Source: Armatimonadota bacterium (GTDB lineage: Bacteria > Armatimonadota > Hebobacteria > CAIYQO01). From it: a stretch of DNA of 64,000 bases. A model generated the notes under the pieces. That model was not told where the DNA came from, made no database searches, and saw only the letters and a program-made list of their open reading frames with translations. Below, piece by piece: positions 21,274-31,113 of the stretch. The position numbers were made by a program, and so were the translations under genes. Each line of letters opens with the position of its first letter. Position 1 is the first letter of the stretch. Location of the stretch: the NCBI GenBank assembly GCA_038248345.1, contig JBBRXO010000004.1, positions 1 through 64,000 on the forward strand. Direction: 5' to 3'.

Positions 21274-22614
21274 TTATAGGAATTCCAGCATCTTTTCTGC
21301 ACTCTCTACATCAGTATTAGCGGGGACTTTGATACCGGATGGGACTTTCAAACGGGGGAATATGGTCACGCTGTCATCCAGCGTGACCCCAGAGCGGATG
21401 ATTACTTCATCGCCAATGGCCACGAATCGGCGCAGTTCTATCGGGGCTTTCTCTGTGGACTGCAGCTCTACCATCGTACCGGTAAGCGTATCCTCAATGA
21501 GACAATTCGGGCCAATCATAGAACCTGCTCCAATGGAAGAGCGAATGATCGTAGCGTTCTCAAATATTTCACAGTCATCGTCAATGTTGCATTCGCTCAA
21601 TGTGACACCAGGAAAAACGCGTACATATTTACCGATTCTAACTGGCGCTTTGATCTTCACCAATCCTTTTTCGATCTTCTCCCCCAGGGTCAAGTGGGTG
21701 ATCGGATCCGTCATCACTAAAGACTCGTGCTCGATAGTATATTGTTCACTACCCAGCGACATACTAGGCATCAGCTCCGACATTGAGGGGAAGAGGCCGT
21801 GTAGTACATCGCCCATGGTCTCTAAATAACTGGGGATATTGCCCAGGTCGCCCATCCTGCCGATTTCGTAGCAATAAACCGGGTATCCGTTTTTAGCCAA
21901 CCAGGGTAACAGGTCGCCACCGATGTCATAGCGGTGCTTTCGCATAGCAATAACATCCGGATGAGCACTAATTTTTCGCAATTCATTAGAATTAATCAGA
22001 TAGAACCCCGCATTAGTCGCCAGCGGAGGAAGAGTTACTTTATTATCAGTAGTGACAGCATGAAGAGCATATATCTCCTCCATAGTCGGTTTCTCAATAA
22101 AGCCTAACACCCGGTTTTTTTCATCGCGGTCTATTAATCCATAACGATTGGCGATCACTTCCGCGGGTTGCCGCGCTGCTGCAATTGTGACCAGTGCACC
22201 GGTACGGTGATGCTCCGCCAGCATTGCCGGCAGGTCAATATCCAGTACAGAATCTGTAGGGAAAACGAAAGCGGTATTCGTAATATCAAAATATTCCATA
22301 TTGGTAAGGATGGCATCGGCAGAGCCGGTATTCTCATGGTCATACCGAACTGGCGAATAGCGCACTCGCACTCCCAGCGCCTCGCCATAGCCTACGATGC
22401 TCTTAATCTGATAACGGTTTTCTTTTCCCTTTGTTACCATGATGAAGTCATCGACACCTTGTTGTTGCAGGATGGCAATAAGCCAATCAAGTACACGCCT
22501 TCCTAATAGGCGCACAGCTGCCTTGGCCCGCAGATAACCTTTTGCCTTCAAAGTAAGAGGGCGAAAACGCATACCGTGACCGGCGGCCAGACCGAGTCCT
22601 GTTACATGGTTCAT
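21274..22614 (-). CDS. Sugar-phosphate nucleotidyltransferase with C-terminal left-handed beta-helix
   Basis: LAAGHGMRFRPLT, GSADA, FIEKP, hexapeptide-like tail; SD GGGAGG before ATG 22614; substrate not assignable. Confidence 0.82.
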   Translation of the reverse strand: MNHVTGLGLAAGHGMRFRPLTLKAKGYLRAKAAVRLLGRRVLDWLIAILQQQGVDDFIMVTKGKENRYQIKSIVGYGEALGVRVRYSPVRYDHENTGSADAILTNMEYFDITNTAFVFPTDSVLDIDLPAMLAEHHRTGALVTIAAARQPAEVIANRYGLIDRDEKNRVLGFIEKPTMEEIYALHAVTTDNKVTLPPLATNAGFYLINSNELRKISAHPDVIAMRKHRYDIGGDLLPWLAKNGYPVYCYEIGRMGDLGNIPSYLETMGDVLHGLFPSMSELMPSMSLGSEQYTIEHESLVMTDPITHLTLGEKIEKGLVKIKAPVRIGKYVRVFPGVTLSECNIDDDCEIFENATIIRSSIGAGSMIGPNCLIEDTLTGTMVELQSTEKAPIELRRFVAIGDEVIIRSGVTLDDSVTIFPRLKVPSGIKVPANTDVESAEKMLEFL

Positions 22615-22879
22615 AATAAGATCCTCCCTAGATAAACTGCTGCCTGATATTTGTATAGTATACCAGACAACTTCACGATTGTTGGTATGATTGTAGAATT
22701 TCTGATGGTAAATTTCGGAATACATCATGTATTATAGCATTCATCTTTTGTGGCATTACCCTTTGTATGTAAATTGTTACTACCAGTGTGTACTGATATG
22801 CATTATAATCGCTTGATAATGTCATAATAAACCGGGAATTATGGAATATAATTAGTAAGAAGCATCGCAAGGAGAGTAT

Positions 22880-24475
22880 ATGCCATCATTTATGAATAGT
22901 AATCAGCGTTGTGCCGAAATCCTGATGAAACAGGGATTGCTTCATGATAATATGCTTGACTCACTAAAGCAGCGAGCAGATACGTTGCAAGAGTGGCTTG
23001 GGCAAGTAGCCGTCGATTTTAATATTATTTCAGATTTAGAATTAGCACGTGCACTGGCGAAGGAACTCCATATTGAATTAATTCGCGTGAAAGATGAGTA
23101 TCCAGAAGATCGAGCACTGTCCGCGCTCCCTTATGAAATGTGCCGTACGCACCTGCTTTTACCACTACGGATTGAGGGTGAATCAATAACCATCGTCTGC
23201 GCCAACCCGGTGGATTCCGAATTTCTGGCAACGATCCCCGATATCACCGGCTTTCATTTGATGACTGCTATCGCTCCTATGCAGGAGCTAGCAGCTAGAA
23301 TTGAAGAATGTTACACGAAGAAGGAGATTGAAGATAGAGAGGAAAAACCGGTAGCGGCGATATTTGCCGATGCATTTATGGAGACGGATGAGCCGAGTGA
23401 TGGGTCTTACGGAATATCACTGGATGATCTACTATGCCAAGTAGTTGAATTCAAGGCGTCCGACCTGCACTTGACCGCTGCATCGCAACCGATTATGCGG
23501 GTGAACGGAGACTTGGTGCGCATGCCATATCCAATATTGAAGCCGCAACATATTATGGATATCATCTATGCGATCATCACTGATGACCAGATGACTGAGT
23601 ATGAACGACACCATGAACTTGACTTTGCCTACAGTATCCCCGGCGTCTCCCGCTTCCGGGTAAATGTCTATCGCCAGCGTGGTTCTGTTGGTTCGGTATT
23701 TCGTGTGATCCCCACCGATATCCCCACGTTGGATAAATTGAAGATGCCTGACGTGGTTAAAGAATTGACTAACCGCCCCCGCGGTTTGGTTCTTGTCACC
23801 GGGCCTACCGGATCTGGCAAATCAACTACGCTTGCGGCAATGATAAACGAAATAAACAACACCCGGGCAGTACATATAATGACTATGGAGGATCCGATAG
23901 AATTCTTGCACAGCCACAAAATGGGCGAGGTAAATCAACGGGAAATCGGCTCGGATACTGAAAGCTTCACCAAAGCGCTGAAACACGTATTGCGGCAGGA
24001 CCCAGACGTGATCCTCATCGGTGAAATGCGCGACCTGGAGACAATAGCAGCGGCGGTAACGGCGGCGGAGACGGGGCACCTGGTCTTCGGTACGCTGCAC
24101 ACCACCAGCGCCTCCCAGACCATCGACCGCATTATCGATGTCTTTCCCCCGCATCAGCAGGAACAGGTACGCAGCCAATTGGCTATTGTACTGGAGGGAA
24201 TTCTCACCCAGACCCTGTTACCGAATATTAACGGCAAAGGACGCAGCTGTGCACAAGAGATTCTGATCGCCACCCCGGCAGTGCGTAACCTTATCCGTGA
24301 AGGCAAAGCCCACCAGATAACCAGTGTGATGCAAGCCAGCGCCAAATACGGGATGCAGACGCTGGATTCCGCACTTCTAGCATTGGTGAAGGCGAAGAAA
24401 GTGTCACTTGATGAAGCGCTGCTCAAAGCGTCGAATATCGAAGACTTCCGTTCGCTAATGTCTATGCAGAGTTGA
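22880..24475 (+). CDS. pilT: PilT-type pilus retraction ATPase with N-terminal MshEN/T2SSE_N-like domain (copy 1)
   Basis: ASDLHL, RFRVNVYRQR, GPTGSGKSTT, EDPIEF, GEMRD, GHLVFGTLHT, AVRNLIRE, GMQTLD; ~150 extra N-terminal residues. Confidence 0.9.
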   Translation: MPSFMNSNQRCAEILMKQGLLHDNMLDSLKQRADTLQEWLGQVAVDFNIISDLELARALAKELHIELIRVKDEYPEDRALSALPYEMCRTHLLLPLRIEGESITIVCANPVDSEFLATIPDITGFHLMTAIAPMQELAARIEECYTKKEIEDREEKPVAAIFADAFMETDEPSDGSYGISLDDLLCQVVEFKASDLHLTAASQPIMRVNGDLVRMPYPILKPQHIMDIIYAIITDDQMTEYERHHELDFAYSIPGVSRFRVNVYRQRGSVGSVFRVIPTDIPTLDKLKMPDVVKELTNRPRGLVLVTGPTGSGKSTTLAAMINEINNTRAVHIMTMEDPIEFLHSHKMGEVNQREIGSDTESFTKALKHVLRQDPDVILIGEMRDLETIAAAVTAAETGHLVFGTLHTTSASQTIDRIIDVFPPHQQEQVRSQLAIVLEGILTQTLLPNINGKGRSCAQEILIATPAVRNLIREGKAHQITSVMQASAKYGMQTLDSALLALVKAKKVSLDEALLKASNIEDFRSLMSMQS

Positions 24476-24581
24476 TAGCTTTGTGCAAAATAGTCTATGG
24501 AATTCTCACTATTAAAGAAAAAAAGGTGGTATTATATCCTCTCAATTGTCCTGGTAAATATCAGAGATAGCGGAGGGGAAT

Positions 24582-26177
24582 ATGCCATCATATATTAATC
24601 ATAATCTGCAGTGTGCAGATATTCTGAAGAAACGCGGGCTAGTGAGTGACGATATTTATGACACCTTGCTAAAGCGTTCGGAGATAATGCAAGAGTGGAT
24701 CGGACAGGTTGCTGTCAATGATAGAATTGTATCAGGTACGGAAATGGCAACTGCGCTGGCAAGTGAATTACATCTGCAGCTTGTCGATCTGGCAAATGAA
24801 CACCCTGATGAGATGGCATTAGTTACTATCCATAGAGATGTCTGCCAGAAGAATTCATTACTCCCGTTAAAAATTAATGGTGACACGCTGGTAATCGCTT
24901 GTGCTAATCCCACCGATACTGAGTTATTAGAAGCCCTGGAGGAGATTACATGTTTCAAAGTAATTCCTATGGTCACGTCGCTCAGTGGCATTCAGGCAAT
25001 AATTGAGAAGTGCTATGATAGTATCAGCTATGATCTGCAAACTGCGGCACAGGAAAATGTCTGTTATTCACATTCATTATCCAATATACATAAGCCGGAT
25101 GATGCTACCTACAGCATCCCGTTAGATGAGATGCTAGCAGAGGTGGTGAAAAGGGATGCATCTGATTTACACCTGGTCGCGGCATCCCAACCGTTTATAC
25201 GCGTAAATGGCAAACTGGAACGCATGCATTATCCGGTGCTGAAACCGCAGAATATTAAGGACCTGATTTATTCGATTATCACTGAAGAACAATTGTTGGA
25301 ATTCAGAAAGCATCATGAATTGGATTTAGCCTACACTGTACCGGGCTTGTCGCGTTTTCGGGTGAATGTTTACAGACAGAACAGCACCATTTGCTCGGTA
25401 TTCCGGGTAATTCCTAATATTATCCCCACGCTGGACAAGCTGAAGATGCCAGAAATTGTGCGGGAACTCACCTCTCGTCCGCGTGGATTAGTGTTAGTAA
25501 CCGGGCCGACGGGATCCGGCAAATCTACCACGCTTGCGGCGATGATCGATGAGATAAACAGTACCAGGCAAGTGCATATTACGACGTTGGAAGACCCGAT
25601 TGAATTCCTGCACAATCATAAGATCGGGGAGGTGACACAGCGGGAGATAGGCACGGATACGGAAAGTTTCGCCAGTGGCCTGATGCGTCTATTACGCCAA
25701 GACCCTGATGTCATATTTATCGGTGAGATGCGCGACCAAAATACCATTGCTGCTGCTGTTACCGCAGCTGAGACCGGCCATCTTGTTTTTGCGACATTGC
25801 ACACAAACAGTGCGGCGCAGTCAATTGACCGTATTATCGACATCTTTCCTCCGCATCAGCAGGGGCAGGTGCGCAACCAGTTGGCGATCTTTCTGGAAGG
25901 TATAATAACCCAGACGTTAGTGCCGAATATGGATGGGAAAGGGCGTAGCTGTGCGCAGGAGATACTGATCGCCACCCCGGCTGTCCGTAACTTGATCCGA
26001 GAAAATAAGGTACATCAAATCGCCAGTGTGATCCAAGCTGGCGCGCAATATGGCATGCAGACACTGGATCAAGCGTTGATATCACTTGTAAAGTCGAAGA
26101 AAGTGTCGATTGACGAAGCGTTATTGAAAGCATCAAATATCGAAGACTTCCGTTCGCTAATGTCTATGCAGAGTTGA
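24582..26177 (+). CDS. pilT: PilT-type pilus retraction ATPase with N-terminal MshEN/T2SSE_N-like domain (copy 2)
   Basis: Same motifs and same length (531 aa) as copy 1; SD GGAGGGG. Confidence 0.9.
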   Translation: MPSYINHNLQCADILKKRGLVSDDIYDTLLKRSEIMQEWIGQVAVNDRIVSGTEMATALASELHLQLVDLANEHPDEMALVTIHRDVCQKNSLLPLKINGDTLVIACANPTDTELLEALEEITCFKVIPMVTSLSGIQAIIEKCYDSISYDLQTAAQENVCYSHSLSNIHKPDDATYSIPLDEMLAEVVKRDASDLHLVAASQPFIRVNGKLERMHYPVLKPQNIKDLIYSIITEEQLLEFRKHHELDLAYTVPGLSRFRVNVYRQNSTICSVFRVIPNIIPTLDKLKMPEIVRELTSRPRGLVLVTGPTGSGKSTTLAAMIDEINSTRQVHITTLEDPIEFLHNHKIGEVTQREIGTDTESFASGLMRLLRQDPDVIFIGEMRDQNTIAAAVTAAETGHLVFATLHTNSAAQSIDRIIDIFPPHQQGQVRNQLAIFLEGIITQTLVPNMDGKGRSCAQEILIATPAVRNLIRENKVHQIASVIQAGAQYGMQTLDQALISLVKSKKVSIDEALLKASNIEDFRSLMSMQS

Positions 26178-27407
26178 TTACTCTCCCCCTAACTTGAATA
26201 TAGTCTCGAAGTAATGTGTGTAAAATGCTATAAGAATGAAGAGAACGATAGGCACCATAATGGCGTAGAAGAGCATTTGCAGTTTCATCGGCAACGTCTT
26301 TACTTGTGCCTCCAACTCGACTTCCATATAGCTGGCTACACTCAACAACGACTGCCCCATACTCCCACTCATTTCGCCAGCTTTTATCAGGCCAATCATC
26401 TCGGGGGGGAATACCTCCAATTGTGCCAGGATATCAGTCAGCTGCTCACCTGCCTGCAGGCGCTTCTCCGCTTCCTGGGCGCGGAAGAAGAGCACCGGGT
26501 CATCAGAAGCGCGCGCTGCTGAGATAACCGCTTCACCCGGGTTGATACCTGCCTCAAACATAGCGCTAAGGACGCGGGCGAAGCGGATACGCTGCATGTA
26601 GCGGATGATAGGGCCAATCATGGGAGTTCGCACCGCAAACAACTGCACAATCCGCGCCCCCACTCGCGTCTGGGCCAATGATTTCCACAGCTCTCGGAAA
26701 ACCAGGAATCCTGCAACTACGAACATAAATTGCCGGGCGGCATTGCCTAATGCGATAATTGCCTGGTCTAACCCCGCTGCACCCGCATTACTGACAAGGA
26801 TAAAGCCCACCAACACGGCCACCCAGGCGGTGGCTTTCAGAGTCCAGGTGGCGGAGTTCACGCGCGAGCGCAGGTCATGCTCCAGGTCCAGCGTGTCGGC
26901 GATCTGGCGCATTATTTCTGGCAACGCGCCGGTCAATTCGGCAGCCTTCACCAGCGCTATCTCCCACTCGGTGAAGATGTTCGTGTGGACAGCCATACAT
27001 TCCGACAGTGTTTTGCCAGTTTTGATTTCGTCCGCGATGGTGCGCGCCATCACTTTCAGCGAGATAGCGACGTTCTTCTCCATATAGTTCATCGCCAGCG
27101 TAATGGGGACGCCGGCATGGAGCAGACTCTGCAGTTGGCGATAATATTGCGACTTTTGCCGGAGAGTTATGGGAAAAATGGGGATGCTGAACTTAGGCAA
27201 CTTGAAAGTGGTGCTATTAGTACCAGCTTTTTGAGCTATTACTGCTGATAATGAATTTACCTTGGCCTTTTCTTTCTCGCGTAGTACGCGAACAGGCATT
27301 GCAGTGGAAGGCAAAGGCGCCATTGACTGACGGCATTTGTAACATTCCGACTTCTTCTCGCTATTCATCTCACCGCAGTGCGGGCATGCTTTCATCCGTG
27401 CTGGCAT
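26178..27407 (-). CDS. PilC/GspF-family platform protein with N-terminal zinc ribbon
   Basis: Two T2SSF repeats (LQSLLHAGVPI...AAELTGAL; LSAMFEAGI...AGEMSGSM); CPHC...CYKC at the N-terminus; start at ATG 27407 behind SD GAGGG. Confidence 0.88.
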   Translation of the reverse strand: MPARMKACPHCGEMNSEKKSECYKCRQSMAPLPSTAMPVRVLREKEKAKVNSLSAVIAQKAGTNSTTFKLPKFSIPIFPITLRQKSQYYRQLQSLLHAGVPITLAMNYMEKNVAISLKVMARTIADEIKTGKTLSECMAVHTNIFTEWEIALVKAAELTGALPEIMRQIADTLDLEHDLRSRVNSATWTLKATAWVAVLVGFILVSNAGAAGLDQAIIALGNAARQFMFVVAGFLVFRELWKSLAQTRVGARIVQLFAVRTPMIGPIIRYMQRIRFARVLSAMFEAGINPGEAVISAARASDDPVLFFRAQEAEKRLQAGEQLTDILAQLEVFPPEMIGLIKAGEMSGSMGQSLLSVASYMEVELEAQVKTLPMKLQMLFYAIMVPIVLFILIAFYTHYFETIFKLGGE

Positions 27408-27509
27408 AATATCCCTCTGTTTTATTGTACCATATTTCATTCTCTTGAGTTGTAGTGAAGCACCAAATGAGGAGAAAATGATAATATATAGAAAAAGGAG
27501 TCCCACGCT

Positions 27510-28262
27510 ATGCCACAACCTGTTCATCGTGCCCTGATACTCGCCGCTGGTCGGGGCAATCGCCTCATGCCCTTGACGGCCAGCTGCCCTAAGCCGATGG
27601 TGGAATTAGATGGCAAGCCAATGCTAGAGCGGATACTGATCGCTATGCGCAGTGCCGGCATTGATGAGGCGACTATCGTACACGGGTACCTGGGTGAGGT
27701 GATTGAAAATCACTTCGGCACCGGTGAACGAGTGGGGATGCGGATCAATTATTGTGCACAGCAGGAGCTGACGGGCACCGCCGGTGCCATGCTGCTGGCG
27801 GAGGAGAGCTGCGGGGCGGAGCCCTTCCTGCTGCATTGGGGTGATATCCTCGTCGACCCCCGCAACTATCGCGAGATATTAGGCATTTATAACGATGTTG
27901 AAGTGAAACCGGGCTGTGTGTTGGGGATGAACTACGTAGAAGACCCGTATGCCGGCGGAGCGGTGTATCTCGATGGCGACCGCGTCACCGCAGTGGCGGA
28001 GAAGCCGGCGAAAGGTACGGCGGGCACCCACTGGAATATCGGGGGCGTGATACTGTTTGATGCGGTAATCTGGCAGTACTTGCACCGCACGCAGGCACCG
28101 GAGAGTGGGGAATTCTACATCACCGCGGCGATTGACTTGATGGCGCGGGAGAAAGCGCACGCAGTACTGCCCTACCAGCTTGTCGGCGAGCGCATCCACC
28201 TCACCGACCCCGCCAGTGTAGAAGCCTTGCAAGGGGATGCACGGCTGGCGGAGTGGGTGTAG
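27510..28262 (+). CDS. NTP-transferase family nucleotidyltransferase
   Basis: ALILAAGRGNRLMPLT..CPKPM, GTAGA, WGD, EKP. Confidence 0.88.
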   Translation: MPQPVHRALILAAGRGNRLMPLTASCPKPMVELDGKPMLERILIAMRSAGIDEATIVHGYLGEVIENHFGTGERVGMRINYCAQQELTGTAGAMLLAEESCGAEPFLLHWGDILVDPRNYREILGIYNDVEVKPGCVLGMNYVEDPYAGGAVYLDGDRVTAVAEKPAKGTAGTHWNIGGVILFDAVIWQYLHRTQAPESGEFYITAAIDLMAREKAHAVLPYQLVGERIHLTDPASVEALQGDARLAEWV

Positions 28263-28321
28263 CCTGCGCCCGCCGTGGCGCGTTAATGATAGGGTTGGCG
28301 CGCCACGGCGGGCGCAGGTTA
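28259..28321. repeat. 20-bp perfect inverted repeat, GTAG-REP-like doublet
   Basis: CCTGCGCCCGCCGTGGCGCG (28263-28282) / CGCGCCACGGCGGGCGCAGG (28299-28318), left arm preceded by GTAG; abuts both convergent stop codons. Confidence 0.8.
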
Positions 28322-29479
28322 TATTGCTTCCACTGTTTCCCATTGGCGTGACACTGCCGAGTTGCTCATGGCGTCCAATACGGCGTTGACTTTCGCGCCC
28401 TCGGTGAAGTCGGGGGAGGCCGGTTTGTCATTCACGATGTCGTCGATGAAGTCGTAGATATGGTTGGTGAAGCTGTGCTCGTAGCCGATGATGTGCCCGG
28501 GCGGCCACCAGGCCTGCAGGTAGGGGTGGATAGACTCGGTGGCAAGGATGGTGCGGAAGCCCTGGACGTGAGGAGGGTCTTCACGATTGTAGTATTCCAG
28601 CTCATTCATGCGCTCGAAGCTGAAGCGGATGGCGCCTTTATCTCCGGCGATCTCAAACCCCAGGTCGTTCTTGTGCCCGGCGGAGAAGCGCGTGGCCTCG
28701 AAGGTGCCGATAGCTCCGTTGGCAAAACGTGCCAGCGAGATTACCGCGTCGTCCACGGTGACCGGCCCACGCCCATCACCAGCGGCGGCAGAGAGGCCGC
28801 CGGTAGTCTGCGCCTGGCGCGGGCGTTCCTTCACGAAGGTTTCCATGGCGGAGGAGACTTCCTTGATGTCACCAGCAAGCCAAAGCGCCAGGTCGATGAT
28901 ATGCGCATTAAGATCGCCGTGGGAGCCGGAGCCGGCGATATCCTTGTCCAATCGCCACACCAGCGGGAATTCCGGGTCGATGATCCAGTCCTGCAGGTAG
29001 ACCGCGCGCCAGTGGAAGACGCGCCCGATGCGCCCCTCATCGATGAGCTGCTTGGCCAACATCACCGCCGGGCAGTTGCGGTAATTGAAGTTGACGGTAT
29101 GCTTCACCCCGGCTTTGACAGCAGCCTGCGCCATCTCGCGCGCGTCGGCGGTGTTCATGGCCAGCGGCTTCTCGCAAAATACGTGCTTCCCCGCCGCCAG
29201 CGCCCCAAGCACCAGCTCACGGTGCATATCGTTGGTGGCGGCGATGTCCACGATGTCAATATCTGGACGGTTCACGGCGGTGTGCCAGTCGGTCTCGATC
29301 TCTTGCCATCCCATCTCATCGGCGGCGGCTTGCAGGGCGTCTTTCGTGCGCCCCACCAGCAATTTCATCACCGGGGTGGCCGCCGGGTTCATCATGCGCG
29401 CCACCTGGCGATAGGCGTTGCTGTGCGCTTTGCCCATAAATTTGTAGCCGATCATGGCCACGTTTAGAGTTGGTTTCAT
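28319..29479 (-). CDS. Gfo/Idh/MocA-family oxidoreductase
   Basis: IGYKFMGKAH, HVFCEKPLA, FNYR, GDLNAHIID. Confidence 0.92.
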   Translation of the reverse strand: MKPTLNVAMIGYKFMGKAHSNAYRQVARMMNPAATPVMKLLVGRTKDALQAAADEMGWQEIETDWHTAVNRPDIDIVDIAATNDMHRELVLGALAAGKHVFCEKPLAMNTADAREMAQAAVKAGVKHTVNFNYRNCPAVMLAKQLIDEGRIGRVFHWRAVYLQDWIIDPEFPLVWRLDKDIAGSGSHGDLNAHIIDLALWLAGDIKEVSSAMETFVKERPRQAQTTGGLSAAAGDGRGPVTVDDAVISLARFANGAIGTFEATRFSAGHKNDLGFEIAGDKGAIRFSFERMNELEYYNREDPPHVQGFRTILATESIHPYLQAWWPPGHIIGYEHSFTNHIYDFIDDIVNDKPASPDFTEGAKVNAVLDAMSNSAVSRQWETVEAI

Positions 29480-29491
29480 GGGTGACTCCTT

Positions 29492-30946
29492 TTAATCGCT
29501 AGTCGTCAGTCGAAAGTTGAATTCGTTGGTGCCTGCCGGAATTATTATATCACCGTTTTCCTCACGTGTGGTAGTTGTGATTAGTGCGGCGGGCAGGCGC
29601 AGACGGTAGCCGTGGGGTGGGGCGGCCCCGGCGAGGGTGATAGTGATGCCGTCCTCGGTGGGGAGGTAGGTCAGCGTGAGTTTGTCGTAATGGGTGGGCA
29701 GGTCGGCGATGTTCATACCTTCAGGAGCAGTGAACCATGCTTCGGGCACCCCGGCGAAGAGTACCAGCGCGCCATCTTCTTCATATACCAGGCTGTCGCG
29801 CAGCAGCAGGAAGAATTCGGCGATACTTGTGTCATCATCGGAAGCGGCATACCAGCAGCGCATTCGTGGGTGTTCCAACAGGATATTCAATGTCTCATAT
29901 CCGGCAGCGCGGTCACCAGCATACAAATCCCGGCGATAGTGCGATATCGCGGGGATTTCAGGGGTTATACCAGCAGATACCAGGCGGCTGTTAACTTCGT
30001 CAGCCAGCTCGACTTGCCCAGATTTCTGCAGTACCTCGATGGTATTCGCATCAATGCAGGTGGCCAGCCCTATGTCGATATGGGCACCGATGGCGGTGAA
30101 GCTCGCGCCCCAGCGTGGGTCTGGCAATTCAAACTTCACCTGCCCGGCCAATGCATTCCAGTACATGTTTACCGCCGAGAAGATGAGTTGAACTGGGTAG
30201 TGGGTGTAGGTGGCCAACGGCGGTAGCGGCTGCTGCTGACCGCTGATACAACGCCCCGGGTGTACCGGGCAGATGAACTCGACCGTATGTTCGGCACCGG
30301 GAGGAAGCTCGTAGCTGAAGCGGAGCGCGCCAGAACAATCGTTATCGTCGGAGGTGACGTGGGTCAGCTCCGGCATTACCCCCTGGCGCGCATATTCGCC
30401 GATAAAATCCCCCGCGCAGACGCCCGCACGCTCCGGTTTGGCGATGCTGATGAGCGCCAGTCGGCCATCGACCAGCAACGACATCCCGTCTTCGCTGATC
30501 TCCAACTCGGGCACGGCACCTGCGGCAGGCCCGAGAGCGCGCAAAGCCAGGTAGAGCGAGACGGTGCTGGTATTCTCGCTGTCATTCGTCAATGTGACGC
30601 GCGAGGCGGTGAAATGCGCATTACCAGCATCTACGCCGATCATGGTGGCGCAGAGTTCGGTCTTCACCAGCAGGTCACCGGCGGCCCAGCAGGCCCAGGG
30701 CACCAGTGTACCGCCTGCGCCTAGACCGTACTCTACCGGCACGTCGTCCATGGTGGGGGCGCAGAGGCGCTCCGCGTCGCGATCATACACCCAGCAATAG
30801 ATGCCGTAGGAGGCGAAGCCGGGCGAAAAGACGCCCTCCGGCTCGACCAAGGTCTTCAGCCCATCGAGGGAGTTGGCGATGCCGATAGGAATATGAATCT
30901 CCCCGCGGGGATTAAGGTTATTATGTGTGTTCAATGATGTCACCAT
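29492..30946 (-). CDS. Hypothetical protein resembling an internally shortened six-hairpin glycosidase
   Basis: 484-aa ORF; beta-rich N-terminus; C-terminal AEFFLLLRDSL...LVLFAGVPEAWF...LPTHY pattern like the tail of (alpha/alpha)6 glycosidases. Confidence 0.6.
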   Translation of the reverse strand: MVTSLNTHNNLNPRGEIHIPIGIANSLDGLKTLVEPEGVFSPGFASYGIYCWVYDRDAERLCAPTMDDVPVEYGLGAGGTLVPWACWAAGDLLVKTELCATMIGVDAGNAHFTASRVTLTNDSENTSTVSLYLALRALGPAAGAVPELEISEDGMSLLVDGRLALISIAKPERAGVCAGDFIGEYARQGVMPELTHVTSDDNDCSGALRFSYELPPGAEHTVEFICPVHPGRCISGQQQPLPPLATYTHYPVQLIFSAVNMYWNALAGQVKFELPDPRWGASFTAIGAHIDIGLATCIDANTIEVLQKSGQVELADEVNSRLVSAGITPEIPAISHYRRDLYAGDRAAGYETLNILLEHPRMRCWYAASDDDTSIAEFFLLLRDSLVYEEDGALVLFAGVPEAWFTAPEGMNIADLPTHYDKLTLTYLPTEDGITITLAGAAPPHGYRLRLPAALITTTTREENGDIIIPAGTNEFNFRLTTSD

Positions 30947-31113
30947 ATTCAGAATTTAATGATTAACTCGTTAATTCGTGATGCAGTTCAAATACTCCTG
31001 CGTTGCGAGGAAAATAGTTTGAGCTGACACCATGCTATTCCTCTGGTATAATAGCCGATAGTTAAGGTAATAATCACCAGTGGAGATGGAAACATAGCAT
31101 CCAATTTGAAATT

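Noticed and set aside
28460..29467. 335-aa antisense ORF over the Gfo/Idh/MocA gene
   Set aside because: Shadow frame of a GC-rich gene
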